The translations under genes and the position numbers were made by a program. Of a stretch of DNA of 64,000 bases, positions 10,523 to 23,081 are shown in pieces. Location of the stretch: the NCBI GenBank assembly GCA_020354665.1, contig CP070653.1:2927763-2991762 (forward strand). The letters run 5' to 3'. Each line of letters opens with the position of its first letter. Within the stretch, counting starts at the first letter, position 1. The DNA comes from Burkholderiales bacterium (GTDB lineage Bacteria > Pseudomonadota > Gammaproteobacteria > Burkholderiales > Burkholderiaceae_C). Under the pieces are notes generated by a model. That model was given only the letters and a program-made list of their open reading frames with translations. It was not told the origin of the DNA and ran no database searches.

Positions 10523-10814
10523 AGCGGAAGACAACCCACGCGACGGCGATCGCGATCGTGCTGGCGCCCCACAAGGGCGCCCCGAACGTCGCAAGCCAGA
10601 GCAGGTGGATGTAGCCCGCCGCGAGCAGTGAAATGAAGAGCCGATCGCCCCGTGTTGTCGTCAGCCCGAGCATGCCGCGCCGCGGACTTCCGCCCGGAGA
10701 GCGCCACTCCCAAAGACCCATCAGCACCAGCAGCACGGCGATCACGCCAAAGAAGACCGCCGTCTGCCAGGTCCAGGCCATCCAGCCAAGGCCCCATTCG
10801 ATGTTCGGCTGCAT
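10515..10814 (-). CDS. Small integral membrane protein (DUF2160-like) of glycerol ABC clusters
   Basis: About 99 aa with hydrophobic segments, lying between a permease and glpD as in Rhizobium-type glycerol clusters. Start at ATG 10814 (MQPNIEWGLGW). Confidence 0.6.
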   Translation of the reverse strand: MQPNIEWGLGWMAWTWQTAVFFGVIAVLLVLMGLWEWRSPGGSPRRGMLGLTTTRGDRLFISLLAAGYIHLLWLATFGAPLWGASTIAIAVAWVVFRYA

Positions 10815-10827
10815 CGGGTCGGGCCCC

Positions 10828-12493
<1,666 letters not shown>

Positions 12494-12497
<4 letters not shown>

Positions 12498-13579
12498 GAG
12501 CCCTCGACGACCCAGCCGTCGGCATAGAGCTGGGTATGCGCGGCGTCGAACTCGATGTGCCCGGTCTGCGTCGGAACCTCGGTGTCCTCGCCGACGAGCA
12601 CCTTGATCAGCTGTTCCCCGAAGCGCGCATCGACGATTCGGTGTCGGCCGGCATCGCTGATCCGTTCGATCCGCACCGGCAGGCCATCGCTCGAGGTAAA
12701 GCGCACGAACTCAGGCCGCACGCCGATTTCGGTGCGCTTGCCCTGCGCTACGCGCTGCGGCCCCAAGGCGGTGGTGATCGGTTGCCCCGCAACTCGCGCG
12801 ACCCCCGCCGTGTCGACTTCGCAGGGCATCAGGTTCATGCCCGGCGATCCGATGAAGTGACCGACAAAGGTGTGGTGTGGCCGCTCGAACAAATCGACCG
12901 GTGTGCCGGCCTGCACGACCTGTCCGTCGATCATCACGACCACCTGGTCCGCGAAGGTGAGCGCCTCCGTCTGATCATGAGTCACGTAGATCATCGTCAC
13001 ACCCAGTCGCTGATGCAGTTCCTTGAGCTTGCTGCGCAGGCGCCATTTGAGGTGGGGATCGATCACGGTCAACGGCTCGTCGAACAAGATCGCCGCCACA
13101 TCCGATCGGACCAGTCCGCGGCCGAGCGAGATCTTTTGCTTGCCGTCCGCGGTGAGGCCGGAAGCGCGGCTTGGCAGCCTATCCTGCAAATCGAGCAGTG
13201 CCGCAATCTCGTGCACCCGCTTGCGCACCTCGCTCTCTCCAACACCGCGATTGCGCAGTGGGAAGGCGAGGTTGTCGAAAACACTCATGGTGTCGTAGAC
13301 GACCGGAAACTGGAACACCTGAGCGATATTTCGCGCGCCAGGGTCGAGGTTCGTGACGTCGCGTTCGTCGAAGTACACGCGGCCTTCGGTGGGCTGGAGC
13401 AATCCGGAGATGAGATTGAGCAGCGTCGTCTTGCCGCAACCCGAGGGGCCCAGCAGCGCATAGGCGCCGCCATCGGCCCATTTCATATCGAGGCCGCGCA
13501 GCGCCCAGTCGTTGTCGTCCTCACTTCGCGGGTTGATGCGGTAGCTGTGCCGCACGTTCTCGAGGTGAATGAGCGCCAT
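12494..13579 (-). CDS. ABC transporter ATP-binding protein (MalK/UgpC type)
   Basis: Walker A GPSGCGKTT, signature-like ISLGRG, Walker B ILFDEP. Confidence 0.9.
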
Positions 13580-13589
13580 CGGACGTCCT

Positions 13590-14651
13590 TCAGCCGGAGA
13601 TCCGTCGACCGCTGCGGTCGAAGTACAGGCAGTGCGCCACGTCGAGCGTGAAGCTGGCGTCTTGACCCACCTCGTAGCTGCGCACCCCCGCTGCCAGCGA
13701 AACCCAGGTGCTGCCGGCCAGATCGAAGTGCACGACGCTTTCCGAGCCGCTGATCTCGCTGATCAGGACGCGTCCGCTCACCGGTACGCCACCGACGTGC
13801 TCGGGCTTCACGTGATGCGGCCGCAGGCCGATCGTCACTTCACCGTCGGCGCGCCCGTGCAGCGACGGCGGCACGGGCCACCGTACGACTTCGCCGAATA
13901 CGATCTGCTCGCCCTGCTTGTGCGCTTGGGCGATGTTGATCGGTGGGTCCGAGAACACGCGCGCACTGGTCAGGTCGGTCGGGTTGCGATAGACGTCGGC
14001 AGATGGGCCGAACTGCGTAACACGACCCTCGTGCAATGTGGCGACGTGGCCGCCGAGCAGGAGCGCCTCGCCGGGCTCGGTGGTGGCGTAGACGACGGTG
14101 CAGCCGCGATCGGCAAACAGCCGCGGTAGTTCATCGCGCAATGCCTCACGAAGCTTGTAGTCGAGGTTGGCAAGCGGCTCGTCGAGCAGCACCAAATCAG
14201 CGTCCTTGACGAGTGCGCGCGCGAGCGCCGTGCGCTGCTGTTGGCCGCCCGACAACTCGCTGGGCCTGCGGTCCAGTAGCGGACTCAGGCGCAGCAACTC
14301 GGCGATCCGGCCAACGCGCTCGCGAGTCTCGGCTTTGCCAGTTCCGGTCACGCGCAGCGGGGAGGCGATGTTCTCAAATACGGAAAGGTTGGGATAGTTG
14401 ATGAACTGCTGATAGACCATTGACACGCGGCGCTTCTGCACAGGCACGCCGGTGACGTTGTGTCCATCGAACCATACTTCGCCAGCAGTCGGCTTGACCA
14501 ACCCCGCCATCAGTCGCAGCAGCGTGGTCTTGCCTGCGAGCGTCTCGCCGAGCAGCGTGCTGAACCCCTGCCGTGCCAGCGCCAGCGTCGTGGGGTGAAT
14601 GTGGACGTCGGCGCCGAGGCGCAGGCTGACCTGGCGAAGTTCGAGGCTCAC
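13590..14651 (-). CDS. ABC transporter ATP-binding protein (MalK/UgpC type), second ATPase
   Basis: LSGGQQQR signature, Walker B LVLLDEP, degenerate Walker A GETLAGKTT. Start proposed at GTG 14651 (VSLELRQVSL); the track ORF starts 20 codons upstream. Confidence 0.85.
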   Translation of the reverse strand: MSLELRQVSLRLGADVHIHPTTLALARQGFSTLLGETLAGKTTLLRLMAGLVKPTAGEVWFDGHNVTGVPVQKRRVSMVYQQFINYPNLSVFENIASPLRVTGTGKAETRERVGRIAELLRLSPLLDRRPSELSGGQQQRTALARALVKDADLVLLDEPLANLDYKLREALRDELPRLFADRGCTVVYATTEPGEALLLGGHVATLHEGRVTQFGPSADVYRNPTDLTSARVFSDPPINIAQAHKQGEQIVFGEVVRWPVPPSLHGRADGEVTIGLRPHHVKPEHVGGVPVSGRVLISEISGSESVVHFDLAGSTWVSLAAGVRSYEVGQDASFTLDVAHCLYFDRSGRRISG

Positions 14652-14749
14652 GGGCGTGCGCAAGGGCAGGGGCGGTCGGTGCGCAGGCCGGGAGGGGCGT
14701 TGTCCGCCCACCCCTCCGGCCCGTTGCTGTGCCTCGCGTCAGGCGCCGA

Positions 14750-16498
14750 TTACTTGGCGGTCGCCCAGCGCTTGACGATTTCCTCGTACGGCATCGTCAC
14801 GCCCTTGGGTTTCTCGTTGGCCAGCTTGGCCTTCGGACCGTCGGGCTTGCCGAGCCACTCCTTCGGATCGACCGGCTTGTTCAGTCGCGGGCCGCAGCCG
14901 CCGTAGGTCTTGGCCTTCTCGTCGGCGTCCTGCATCCGCGCCATTACCTGGTCCATCTCGCCTGCGAGGCGGTCCATCGCCTGCTGCGGAGTGAACGCCC
15001 CAGAGTTGACGTCACCGATCTGTTGCCACCACAACTGAGCCAGTTTCGGGTAGTCGGGCACGTTGACACCGGTGGGCGTCCACATGACGCGGTCGGGTGA
15101 GCGATAGAACTCGACCAGACCGCCGAGCTTGGGCGCGCGTTCGGTGAACGAGGCGTGGCGCACGGTGCTGTCGCGGATGAATGTCAGACCGGTGTGGCTC
15201 TTCTTCGTATCGACCGTCTTGCTGACGACGAACTGCGCATACAGCCAGGCAGCCTTGCGGCGATTGACCGGTGTGCTCTTGAACAAGGTCCACGAGCCGG
15301 CGTCCTGGTAGCCGAGCTTCATGCCATCCTGCCAATACGAACCCTTGGGCGAGGGCGCCATGCGCCACAGTGGCATCCCCTTGTCATCGACGGTGTTGTT
15401 GCCGTCCTTCTTCGGAGCGACCATGGACGCAGTGAACGCCGTGTACCAGAAGATCTGCTGCGCGACGTTACCCTGCGCGAGCGCTGGAAGTGACTGGTAG
15501 AAATCGTAGTCGGCAGCTCCGGGCGGCGCGTACTTGCGCAGCCACTCGTCCCACTTGGCGATCGCATACACCGACGCCGGTCCGTTGGTCTCTCCGCCGC
15601 GGCTGATCGACGCGCCCTTGGGGTTGCACGACCCTGCCTCCATGCGGATGCCCCACTCGTCGATCGGCCGACCATTGGGCAGACCCTTGCTGCTCGCGCC
15701 GGCCATCGACAGCCACGCGTCGGTCATGCGCCAGCCCAGGTCCGGCGCGCGCTTGCCGTAGTCCATGTGGCCGTAGATGCGCTTGCCGTCGATCTCTTTC
15801 ACATCCTCGCTGAAGAACTTGGCAATGTCCTCGTAAGCGCTCCAGTTCACCGGCACGCCGAGGTCGTAGCCGTACTTCTGCTTGAACTTGGCCTTGATGT
15901 CGGGACGGTCGAACCAGTCCTTGCGGAACCAATAGAGGTTCGCGAACTGCTGGTCAGGCAGCTGCCAGATCTTGCCGTCGGGTCCGGTAGTGAACGAGAT
16001 TCCGATGAAGTCCTTGACGTCGAGCATCGGATTCGTCACGTCCTTGCCTTCGCCGGCCATCCAGTCGCTCAGGTTCACGGCCGACTGCAGACGCGAATGC
16101 GTGCCGATGAGGTCGCTGTCGTTGATGTAGGCGTCGTACAGATTGCGATTGGTCTGCATCTGCGTCTGCACTGCCTGCACGACCTCGCCCTCGCCGAGCA
16201 GCTGGTGGTTCACCTTGATGCCGGTGATTTCCTCGAAGGCCTTGGCCAGCACCTTGGATTCGTATTCGTGAGTCGGGATCGTTTCAGACAGCACGTTGAC
16301 CTCGAGACCCTTGAATGGCTCGGCCGCCTTGATGAACCACTCCAGTTCTTTCTGCTGATCGGCCTTGCTCAGCACCGACGGCTGAAATTCGCTGTCGATC
16401 CAGCGCTTGGCCGCATTGAGATCGGCCCGGGCCGCGCTGGCGAACAAGGCCAGCGTGGCACACGTCACCGCCGTTGCCAGCGGACTCGTCATCCTCAT
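14750..16498 (-). CDS. Periplasmic substrate-binding protein of the glycerol-type ABC importer
   Basis: Signal peptide MRMTSPLATAVTCATLALFASAARA. A large (582 aa) family-1-like SBP heading the ABC/glpD operon. Confidence 0.8.
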   Translation of the reverse strand: MRMTSPLATAVTCATLALFASAARADLNAAKRWIDSEFQPSVLSKADQQKELEWFIKAAEPFKGLEVNVLSETIPTHEYESKVLAKAFEEITGIKVNHQLLGEGEVVQAVQTQMQTNRNLYDAYINDSDLIGTHSRLQSAVNLSDWMAGEGKDVTNPMLDVKDFIGISFTTGPDGKIWQLPDQQFANLYWFRKDWFDRPDIKAKFKQKYGYDLGVPVNWSAYEDIAKFFSEDVKEIDGKRIYGHMDYGKRAPDLGWRMTDAWLSMAGASSKGLPNGRPIDEWGIRMEAGSCNPKGASISRGGETNGPASVYAIAKWDEWLRKYAPPGAADYDFYQSLPALAQGNVAQQIFWYTAFTASMVAPKKDGNNTVDDKGMPLWRMAPSPKGSYWQDGMKLGYQDAGSWTLFKSTPVNRRKAAWLYAQFVVSKTVDTKKSHTGLTFIRDSTVRHASFTERAPKLGGLVEFYRSPDRVMWTPTGVNVPDYPKLAQLWWQQIGDVNSGAFTPQQAMDRLAGEMDQVMARMQDADEKAKTYGGCGPRLNKPVDPKEWLGKPDGPKAKLANEKPKGVTMPYEEIVKRWATAK

Positions 16499-16564
16499 GA
16501 GGCTCTCCTCGTGGTTGAAGTCAGGTCACAACGGCCATGCACACCCGGCCGTTCGTCCAATCTA

Positions 16565-16584
16565 CATTCGCGCCAAAACGAATG
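16565..16584. promoter_or_regulatory. Inverted repeat CATTCG-N8-CGAATG; candidate GlpR (DeoR-type) operator
   Basis: Perfect 6-bp arms inside an AT-richer stretch of the divergent SBP/glpR intergenic region. ACGAA-containing motifs recur nearby (ATACGAAAACA). Confidence 0.25.
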
Positions 16585-16709
16585 TCAATCGAGCAAATAC
16601 GAAAACACTGGAATTAAAAGGAAAACCCTAATAGCAAGCGCGCGAACCGCGTGCGACGGTTGGATTGGCTTGCTGCTTTCGAGATGGGTCCACGCGTCCG
16701 CCCAGTGAA

Positions 16710-17492
16710 ATGACCACCACGACGCTCGTCCCCAATCCACGCCAGCTCGAGCTCCTCGAAGCTGTCCGCGCCGAGGGGTCGATGATGGTCGAATCCCTTG
16801 CGGGGCGCTTCGGGGTCACGCTGCAGACGGTTCGACGCGACGTCCGTCAGCTCGCGGAAGCCGGCCTCCTGGCCCGGTTTCACGGCGGCGTGCGCATGCC
16901 GAGTTCCACGACCGAGAACCTGGCCTATCGGCAGCGCCAGCACTTGCTCGACGAAGAGAAACGTCGCATCGCGCGTGCCGTCGCGGGAGCCGTGCCGAAT
17001 GGCTGCTCGCTGATCCTGAATATCGGCACCACGCTCGAAGCCGTCGCGCGCGAGCTGCTGCGGCATGATGGCCTGCGTGTGATCACGAACAACCTGAACG
17101 TCGCAGCGATCCTTTCGGACAATGCGCGCTGCGAGGTCATCGTCGCCGGCGGGGTCGTCCGCTCGCGCGATCGCGGCATAGTCGGTGAAGCGACCGTGGA
17201 CTTCATCAAGCAGTTCAAGGTCGACATCGGCCTTATCGGCATCTCTGGAATCGAATCCGACGGCACGCTGCGGGACTTTGATTACCGCGAGGTCAAGGTC
17301 GCGCGCGCCATCGTCGAGCATTCGCGCGAGGTCTGGCTTGCTGCCGACCACAGCAAGTTCAACCGTCCGGCGATGGTCGAGCTCGGACGGCTCGACCAGA
17401 TCGATTCACTGTTTACCGACTCTATGCCACCAGCTCCCTTCCCGACGCTGCTCGCGGAGGCCGGCGTCAACCTGATCACCTGCGACCAATGA
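16710..17492 (+). CDS. glpR: DeoR family glycerol-3-phosphate regulon repressor
   Basis: [26 protein letters not shown] plus a DeoR C-terminal sugar-phosphate domain. First ATG at 16710. Confidence 0.85.
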   Translation: MTTTTLVPNPRQLELLEAVRAEGSMMVESLAGRFGVTLQTVRRDVRQLAEAGLLARFHGGVRMPSSTTENLAYRQRQHLLDEEKRRIARAVAGAVPNGCSLILNIGTTLEAVARELLRHDGLRVITNNLNVAAILSDNARCEVIVAGGVVRSRDRGIVGEATVDFIKQFKVDIGLIGISGIESDGTLRDFDYREVKVARAIVEHSREVWLAADHSKFNRPAMVELGRLDQIDSLFTDSMPPAPFPTLLAEAGVNLITCDQ

Positions 17493-17508
17493 GCATGGAG
17501 ACCGCACC

Positions 17509-19005
17509 ATGACCAGCCACCTGCTTGCCCTCGACCAGGGCACCTCCAGCTCGCGCAGCATCGTGTTCGACGCCGCCGGGCGCATCGTCGCAATGGCGCA
17601 GCGCGAGTTCCGCCAGATCTATCCACAGCCTGGCTGGGTTGAGCACGACGCGACCGAGATCTGGCGCAGCCAACTCGACACCGCCCGCGAGGCGCTGGCG
17701 CAAGCCAAGCTGGCCGCGCGCGACATCGCGGCGATCGGCATCACCAACCAGCGCGAGACGACGCTGTTGTGGAACCGAAAGACGGGCGAGCCGATTGCCA
17801 ACGCGATCGTCTGGCAGGACCGGCGCACGGAGCCGCTGTGCGCGGCGCTGCGCAAACAGGGGCTCGCCGAACGCCTGCGCGAAATCACCGGCCTCGTGAT
17901 CGACCCGTACTTCTCGGGAACGAAGGTCCGCTGGCTGCTCGACCGCGTCGACGGCGCGCGTGGCGCGGCTGAACGTGGCGAGCTGGCCTTCGGCACGATC
18001 GACAGCTGGCTGCTGTGGAACCTCACCGGCGGCCGCGTGCATGCGACCGACGTGACCAACGCCTCGCGCACGATGCTGTTCGACATCCGCCGCAACGCGT
18101 GGGACGAGTCGATGCTGGCCGCGCTCGGCGTGCCGGCGTCGCTGCTGCCGGCGGTGCATCCTTCGTCGCACCGATTCGGCGAGGCCGACGCCGCACTGTT
18201 GGGGGCGCGGATCACGATCGGCGGCATCGCCGGCGACCAGCAGAGCGCACTGTTCGGCCAGGCCTGTTTTCGGGCCGGGCTGGCGAAGAACACCTACGGC
18301 ACCGGCTGCTTCCTGCTCACACACACTGGCGCGCAGTTCGAAACCAGCGCGAACGGTCTGGTCACGACGAGCGCAGCGCAGACCGACACCGTGCCGCAAT
18401 TCGCGCTCGAGGGCAGCGTCTTTATCGCCGGCGCCGTCGTCCAGTGGCTGCGCGACGGGCTGAACGCAATTCGCGCGAGCGGCGAAGTGCAGGCGCTGGC
18501 CGAGAGCGTGCCCGACGCGGGCGGCGTGATGTTCGTTCCGGCATTCACAGGACTCGGCGCGCCGTACTGGAATGCGAATGCGCGCGGCGCGATCGTCGGC
18601 CTGACCCGGGGCAGCACGGTGGCGCACATCGCGCGCGCGGCGCTGGAGAGCATCGCGTTCCAAAGTGCCGCGCTGCTGCAGGCGATGAATCGCGACGCCG
18701 AGGCGGCCGGTGCGATGCCGGCGGCCGAGTTGCGCGTAGACGGTGGCGCCAGCGTCAACAACCTGCTGATGCAGTTCCAGGCCGACCTGCTGGGCATCCC
18801 GGTCGTGCGGCCGAAAGTGGTCGAGACGACCGCGCTCGGCGCGGCGTACCTCGCCGGACTGGCCAGCGGCGTCTATCGGAACCTCGATGAGCTCGCCTCG
18901 CAATGGCAGGCCGAGCGCACGTTCCAGCCGAACATGCCGCGCGAGCGTGCTGCCGAGTTGATGGCGCAATGGGAACACGCCGTGCGCCAGACGGAGGCTG
19001 TCTGA
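17509..19005 (+). CDS. glpK: Glycerol kinase
   Basis: [30 protein letters not shown] and GTGCF are FGGY kinase/GlpK signatures along the full length. Confidence 0.95.
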   Translation: MTSHLLALDQGTSSSRSIVFDAAGRIVAMAQREFRQIYPQPGWVEHDATEIWRSQLDTAREALAQAKLAARDIAAIGITNQRETTLLWNRKTGEPIANAIVWQDRRTEPLCAALRKQGLAERLREITGLVIDPYFSGTKVRWLLDRVDGARGAAERGELAFGTIDSWLLWNLTGGRVHATDVTNASRTMLFDIRRNAWDESMLAALGVPASLLPAVHPSSHRFGEADAALLGARITIGGIAGDQQSALFGQACFRAGLAKNTYGTGCFLLTHTGAQFETSANGLVTTSAAQTDTVPQFALEGSVFIAGAVVQWLRDGLNAIRASGEVQALAESVPDAGGVMFVPAFTGLGAPYWNANARGAIVGLTRGSTVAHIARAALESIAFQSAALLQAMNRDAEAAGAMPAAELRVDGGASVNNLLMQFQADLLGIPVVRPKVVETTALGAAYLAGLASGVYRNLDELASQWQAERTFQPNMPRERAAELMAQWEHAVRQTEAV

Positions 19006-19097
19006 GCCGTGTGAACGCGCCCGTGAGCCGGGCGCGGGTGCACGATCAAAGGAAGTGGCGCTTGCGTGCCACGCCGAGCGAGCTCAAGCCGATCGCA

Positions 19098-20507
19098 TTA
19101 GCAGGGCTGGACCGTGACGTCAGGCCATGACCGCAGCGCCGGGCGCAACTGCTCGACGAGCCGGGCGAGGCGCAGGACGCCGACGTCGTCGTGCCTGGGC
19201 CCGGCGAGCTGCACGCCCACCGGCAGACCGGCGGTGGTGAAGCCCCATGGCACCGCAATGGCCGGTTGCTCGCTCATGTTGAACGGCAGCGTGAACGCGA
19301 TGTGCTCGAACGGGCGCTGCGGGTCGTTCAGCGGGCTCGCCCACTCGGCCGGGAACGCGGGCCCCGGGCTCACCGGTGAGAGCAAGGCGTCGAAGCCACG
19401 CGTGGCTGACACCGCGGCCTCGCGCAACGCGCCCATCTGGCTGTAGCCGTGGAACACCTGCGCGCCGGTGTAGTCGGCGGCCGGCGCGACCCAGTCGCGG
19501 ATGTAGGGCAGCACCTTCGTACGCCGATCGACGGGCAGCGCCTGCACGTCGAGCCATGAGCGCATGCGCCAGAAGCGGTCCAGCCCGTCGGCCATCTCGC
19601 GGTTGCAGAACGGAGCGACCGGCTCGACGGTCGCGCCGGCCTGCTCGAGGGCACCGGCGCAGGCTTCGACGGCATGGCGGATCTCGGCGTCGACCGGCAG
19701 ACCCCAGCCGGCATCGAGCCACAGACCCAGACGCAGCCCGCGCGCGTCATCGCCGCCCTCGGCCAGCCAATCCAACTCCTGGGTCGGCAGGCTCATCGTG
19801 TCGCGGTCGTCGGGTTGTGCGAGCACGGCCATCATGCGCGCCGCGTCATCGACGCTGCGCGTGATCGGTCCAGCGACACGACCCGCATAGGGCGGATGGA
19901 TCGGCACGCGGCCGAGGCTCGGCTTGAAGCCGACCACGCCGCACCACCCGGCAGGCAGCCGGATCGAGCCGCCGATGTCGGTCCCCAGGTGCAGTGGACC
20001 GTAGCCGGCGGCCGCTGCCGCCGCCGCACCGGCCGACGATCCGCCCGGGCTCTTCGACAGATTCCACGGGTTGCGCGTGAGCGGGTGGAAGCTCGACAGC
20101 CCCGACGACAGCATCCCCCAGTCGGGCATCGTCGTCTTGGCGAGCAGCACGCAGCCGGCCTCGCGTAATCGCGCGGCCGGCGGCGCATCGGCGGCGGCCG
20201 GGATGAGATCGGTCGCCGCGGTGCCCAACGGCACCGGCGTGCCACGCGTTGCGACGGCATCCTTGATCGTCACCGGAACGCCGTCGAGCAACGAAATCGG
20301 CTCGTTCTTGAGCCAGCGGGCTTCGCTCGCGTGCGCGGCCGACAGCACCGCATCGCGGTCGAACGCATAGAGCGCATGCAGACGGGGCTCGCACGCTTCG
20401 ATTCGGGCGACGACCGCGGCTGCGACCTCCACCGGAGAGACTTCGCGCCGCGCATACGCGGCCGCCAACGCGGCCGCGCCAGCATCGGCGAGCGAGGTCC
20501 GGCTCAC
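19098..20507 (-). CDS. Amidase-signature (GatA-like) amidase
   Basis: GGSSAGAAAAAAAGYGPLHLGTDIGGSIRLPA is the AS-family signature. GTGA start/stop overlap with the SBP gene at 20504-20507. Confidence 0.9.
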   Translation of the reverse strand: MSRTSLADAGAAALAAAYARREVSPVEVAAAVVARIEACEPRLHALYAFDRDAVLSAAHASEARWLKNEPISLLDGVPVTIKDAVATRGTPVPLGTAATDLIPAAADAPPAARLREAGCVLLAKTTMPDWGMLSSGLSSFHPLTRNPWNLSKSPGGSSAGAAAAAAAGYGPLHLGTDIGGSIRLPAGWCGVVGFKPSLGRVPIHPPYAGRVAGPITRSVDDAARMMAVLAQPDDRDTMSLPTQELDWLAEGGDDARGLRLGLWLDAGWGLPVDAEIRHAVEACAGALEQAGATVEPVAPFCNREMADGLDRFWRMRSWLDVQALPVDRRTKVLPYIRDWVAPAADYTGAQVFHGYSQMGALREAAVSATRGFDALLSPVSPGPAFPAEWASPLNDPQRPFEHIAFTLPFNMSEQPAIAVPWGFTTAGLPVGVQLAGPRHDDVGVLRLARLVEQLRPALRSWPDVTVQPC

Positions 20508-22009
20508 TGCCAGCTCACGGCGGCCATGTCATTGGCAAAGATCGGCGAGCTCGACCACAGGCCCTTCAGGCCCTTGCGTGCGACCGACACCTGCGCGGGA
20601 TTGAAGACGAAGACGTTCACTGCGTCGGTCGCGATCATCCGCTGGATGTCGCCGAACAGCTTGGTGCGCTCCTTCGGGTTGGTTGCCGCGGCGTACTTGG
20701 CGGCGAGGTCGCGAAACGGCTGACTGTCGTAGCCCCAGTAATACGCGGTGTTCGTGTACTGCATGAAGTCGAGCGGCTCGACGTGATTGACGATCGTCAG
20801 GTCGAAGTTGCCCTTGAACGGCCCCGACAGCCACAGTGGCCACTCGACGTTCTCGATCTTCGCGTTGATGCCCACCTTGGCGAGCATCGCGGCGACCACC
20901 TCGCCGCCCTTGCGCGCGTACTGCGGCGGCGGCAGCGTTATCGTCACGTTCAACGGCGTCGCCACACCGGCCTCTTTGAGCAGCGCCTTGGCCTTGTCGG
21001 GGTTGTAGGGGTACAGGCCGGTCAAGTCGATGTAGCCGGCGTCGGTGGGCGCGAAGTGGCTGCCGATCGGCGTGGCGAGCCCTTCGAGCACGCCGTCGAT
21101 GAACGCCTTGCGGTCGATTGCGTGCGACAGCGCGCGGCGTACGCGCACGTCGTCGAACGGCTTGCGCTTGTTGTTGATCGTCATGATGCCCTTGCCGGAG
21201 GTCGATCCGATCTCGACCGTGAAGCGCTTGTCGGCCTGCAGTTGCTTGACCGCCTGCGGCGCATCGAGCCGTGGCACGCCGTCGAGGTCGCCGGCGAGCA
21301 GACCCGCGACGCGCGCGGCCGGGTCGTTGACGAAGCGGAACGTCACGCGCTTCAACTTCACCTTGCCAGCGTCGCGAAAACCGTCCCACCTGCTCAGCGT
21401 GACCGACGATCCCTTCTTCCAGTCGGAGAACGTGAACGGGCCGGTGCCCACCGGCCGGGTCGCGGTCGTCGCGGCACTCTTCGGATCGAGGATCACCGCG
21501 GTGTTCTCGCCCATGCGGAACAGAAAATTGCCGTCGGCATTGTTGAGCGTGAGGATCACCGTGTACGCGTCGGGCGTGTCGACGCGCGCGACGTTGTCGA
21601 ACACCGCCCTTTTCGCCTTGTTGGTCGACCCCTCGGCCTTGGCGCGCTCGAAGCTGAACTTGACGTCGCTCGAGTCGAACGCCTCGCCGTCTTGGAACTT
21701 CACGCCCTTTCTGAGCTTGAACGTGTAGCTCTTGCCGTCGGGCTCGATCGACCAGCTTTCGGCAAGCAGCGGGGTGACCGAACCGTCGACGTTGATCTTG
21801 GTGAGGCCTTCGAGCACGTTGTAGTGGACGATCTCGCCGATCGCGGCGGCTGGCGCAGTGGTCGGGTCGAGCCCGGGTGGTTCGAGCACCATGCCGAGCG
21901 TCACCGAGTCCTTGCGCGACTGCGCCAGTGCGGACGAGGTGGCGAGCGTGGCGGAAACCAGTACGGTGACCGCGGCCAGCGCGGTGACGGTGCGGCGGTC
22001 GAGCTTCAT
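20504..22009 (-). CDS. Family-5 (peptide/nickel, DppA/OppA-like) ABC substrate-binding protein
   Basis: Start at ATG 22009 (MKLDRRTVTALAAVTVLVSATLATSSALA signal peptide) behind AGGAGA. The body is typical of SBP_bac_5. Confidence 0.9.
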   Translation of the reverse strand: MKLDRRTVTALAAVTVLVSATLATSSALAQSRKDSVTLGMVLEPPGLDPTTAPAAAIGEIVHYNVLEGLTKINVDGSVTPLLAESWSIEPDGKSYTFKLRKGVKFQDGEAFDSSDVKFSFERAKAEGSTNKAKRAVFDNVARVDTPDAYTVILTLNNADGNFLFRMGENTAVILDPKSAATTATRPVGTGPFTFSDWKKGSSVTLSRWDGFRDAGKVKLKRVTFRFVNDPAARVAGLLAGDLDGVPRLDAPQAVKQLQADKRFTVEIGSTSGKGIMTINNKRKPFDDVRVRRALSHAIDRKAFIDGVLEGLATPIGSHFAPTDAGYIDLTGLYPYNPDKAKALLKEAGVATPLNVTITLPPPQYARKGGEVVAAMLAKVGINAKIENVEWPLWLSGPFKGNFDLTIVNHVEPLDFMQYTNTAYYWGYDSQPFRDLAAKYAAATNPKERTKLFGDIQRMIATDAVNVFVFNPAQVSVARKGLKGLWSSSPIFANDMAAVSWQ

Positions 22010-22028
22010 CGGTTTCTCCTCGGTTCGT

Positions 22029-23081
22029 TCAGTTCGGGGTTGCCTCCTGCGCGAGCACGGACTCTGCCACATGGCAGGCCGCGCGATGGCCGGACGCAAT
22101 TTCGCGCAGCTCGGGGTTTTCGCGCAGGCAGCGCTCGACCCGTAGCGCACAGCGCGGCGCGAAGGGACAGCCGTGCGCGAACTGGGCCGCGATAGAGCCA
22201 TCGTCGCGGGCCGCTTGCGCCGGGGCGGGTCCAGCGGTCGCCGCCGCGCCGCGCGCGCTCGTGCCGGGCTCGGCGCCGGTGAGCACGGCCGGCACTGCGT
22301 CGAGCAGCGCGCGTGTGTACGGATGAGCCGCGGCGTGAAACAGGCGGTCGGCCGGCGCCTGTTCGACGACCCGGCCCCGGTACAGCACGATCACGTCGTC
22401 GCAGACCAGGTCGACCACCGCGAGGTCGTGGCTGATGAACAGGTAGGTCAGGCCGAATCGCTCCTGCAAGTCCTGCATCAGGTTGAGCACCTGCGCCTGC
22501 ACCGACACGTCCAGCGCGCTGACCGGCTCGTCGGCGACGATCAGCTTCGGGCGCGTGACCAGCGCGCGCGCAATCGCGATGCGCTGGCGTTGCCCACCGC
22601 TGAACTCGTGCGGATATTTCTCGGCGTCGGCCGGTGCGAGGCCGACCGCTTCGAGTGCTTCGACGACGCGCTCGCGACGCTGCGTCACCGTGACGTGCTC
22701 GAGCATCTCGAGCGGTTCGCCGACCACCCGGGCGATCCGATGCCGCGGGTCGAGCGAACCGTAAGGGTCCTGAAAGACCATCTGCATGTCGCGCCGCAGC
22801 TTGCGCAATTCGGCTGCCGGCAACGCGTTCAGATCACGACCCTCGAAGACGATCCGCCCGGTGCTCGGTGGCTCGAGCGCCGCGACGAGTCGGGCCAGTG
22901 TGCTCTTGCCCGATCCCGATTCGCCCACCACGCCGAGGCTGCGACCGGCGTGCAAGTTGAAGCTCACGTCGACGAGGGCCGGCACCAGCGGCGCGCGCTC
23001 AAACAGTTGCGTTCGCGGCAGCATGTAGCCGCGCGAGAGGTGATGAACCTCGAGCAGCGGGACCGGCGCAGGCAAGGTCAC
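22029..23081 (-). CDS. Dpp/Opp-type ABC ATP-binding protein (DppF-like)
   Basis: Walker A GESGSGKST, signature FSGGQRQR, Walker B LIVADEP. GTGA overlap with the upstream ATPase at 23078-23081. Confidence 0.9.
   Translation of the reverse strand: MTLPAPVPLLEVHHLSRGYMLPRTQLFERAPLVPALVDVSFNLHAGRSLGVVGESGSGKSTLARLVAALEPPSTGRIVFEGRDLNALPAAELRKLRRDMQMVFQDPYGSLDPRHRIARVVGEPLEMLEHVTVTQRRERVVEALEAVGLAPADAEKYPHEFSGGQRQRIAIARALVTRPKLIVADEPVSALDVSVQAQVLNLMQDLQERFGLTYLFISHDLAVVDLVCDDVIVLYRGRVVEQAPADRLFHAAAHPYTRALLDAVPAVLTGAEPGTSARGAAATAGPAPAQAARDDGSIAAQFAHGCPFAPRCALRVERCLRENPELREIASGHRAACHVAESVLAQEATPN

Noticed and set aside
19017-19035. GC hairpins between convergent genes (19017-19035 after glpK; 41482-41504 after metH) as terminators
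   Set aside because: The stems are present (GCGCCCG/CGGGCGC; GCCCTTG/CAAGGGC) but neither is followed by a U tract, so intrinsic termination cannot be supported from sequence alone.
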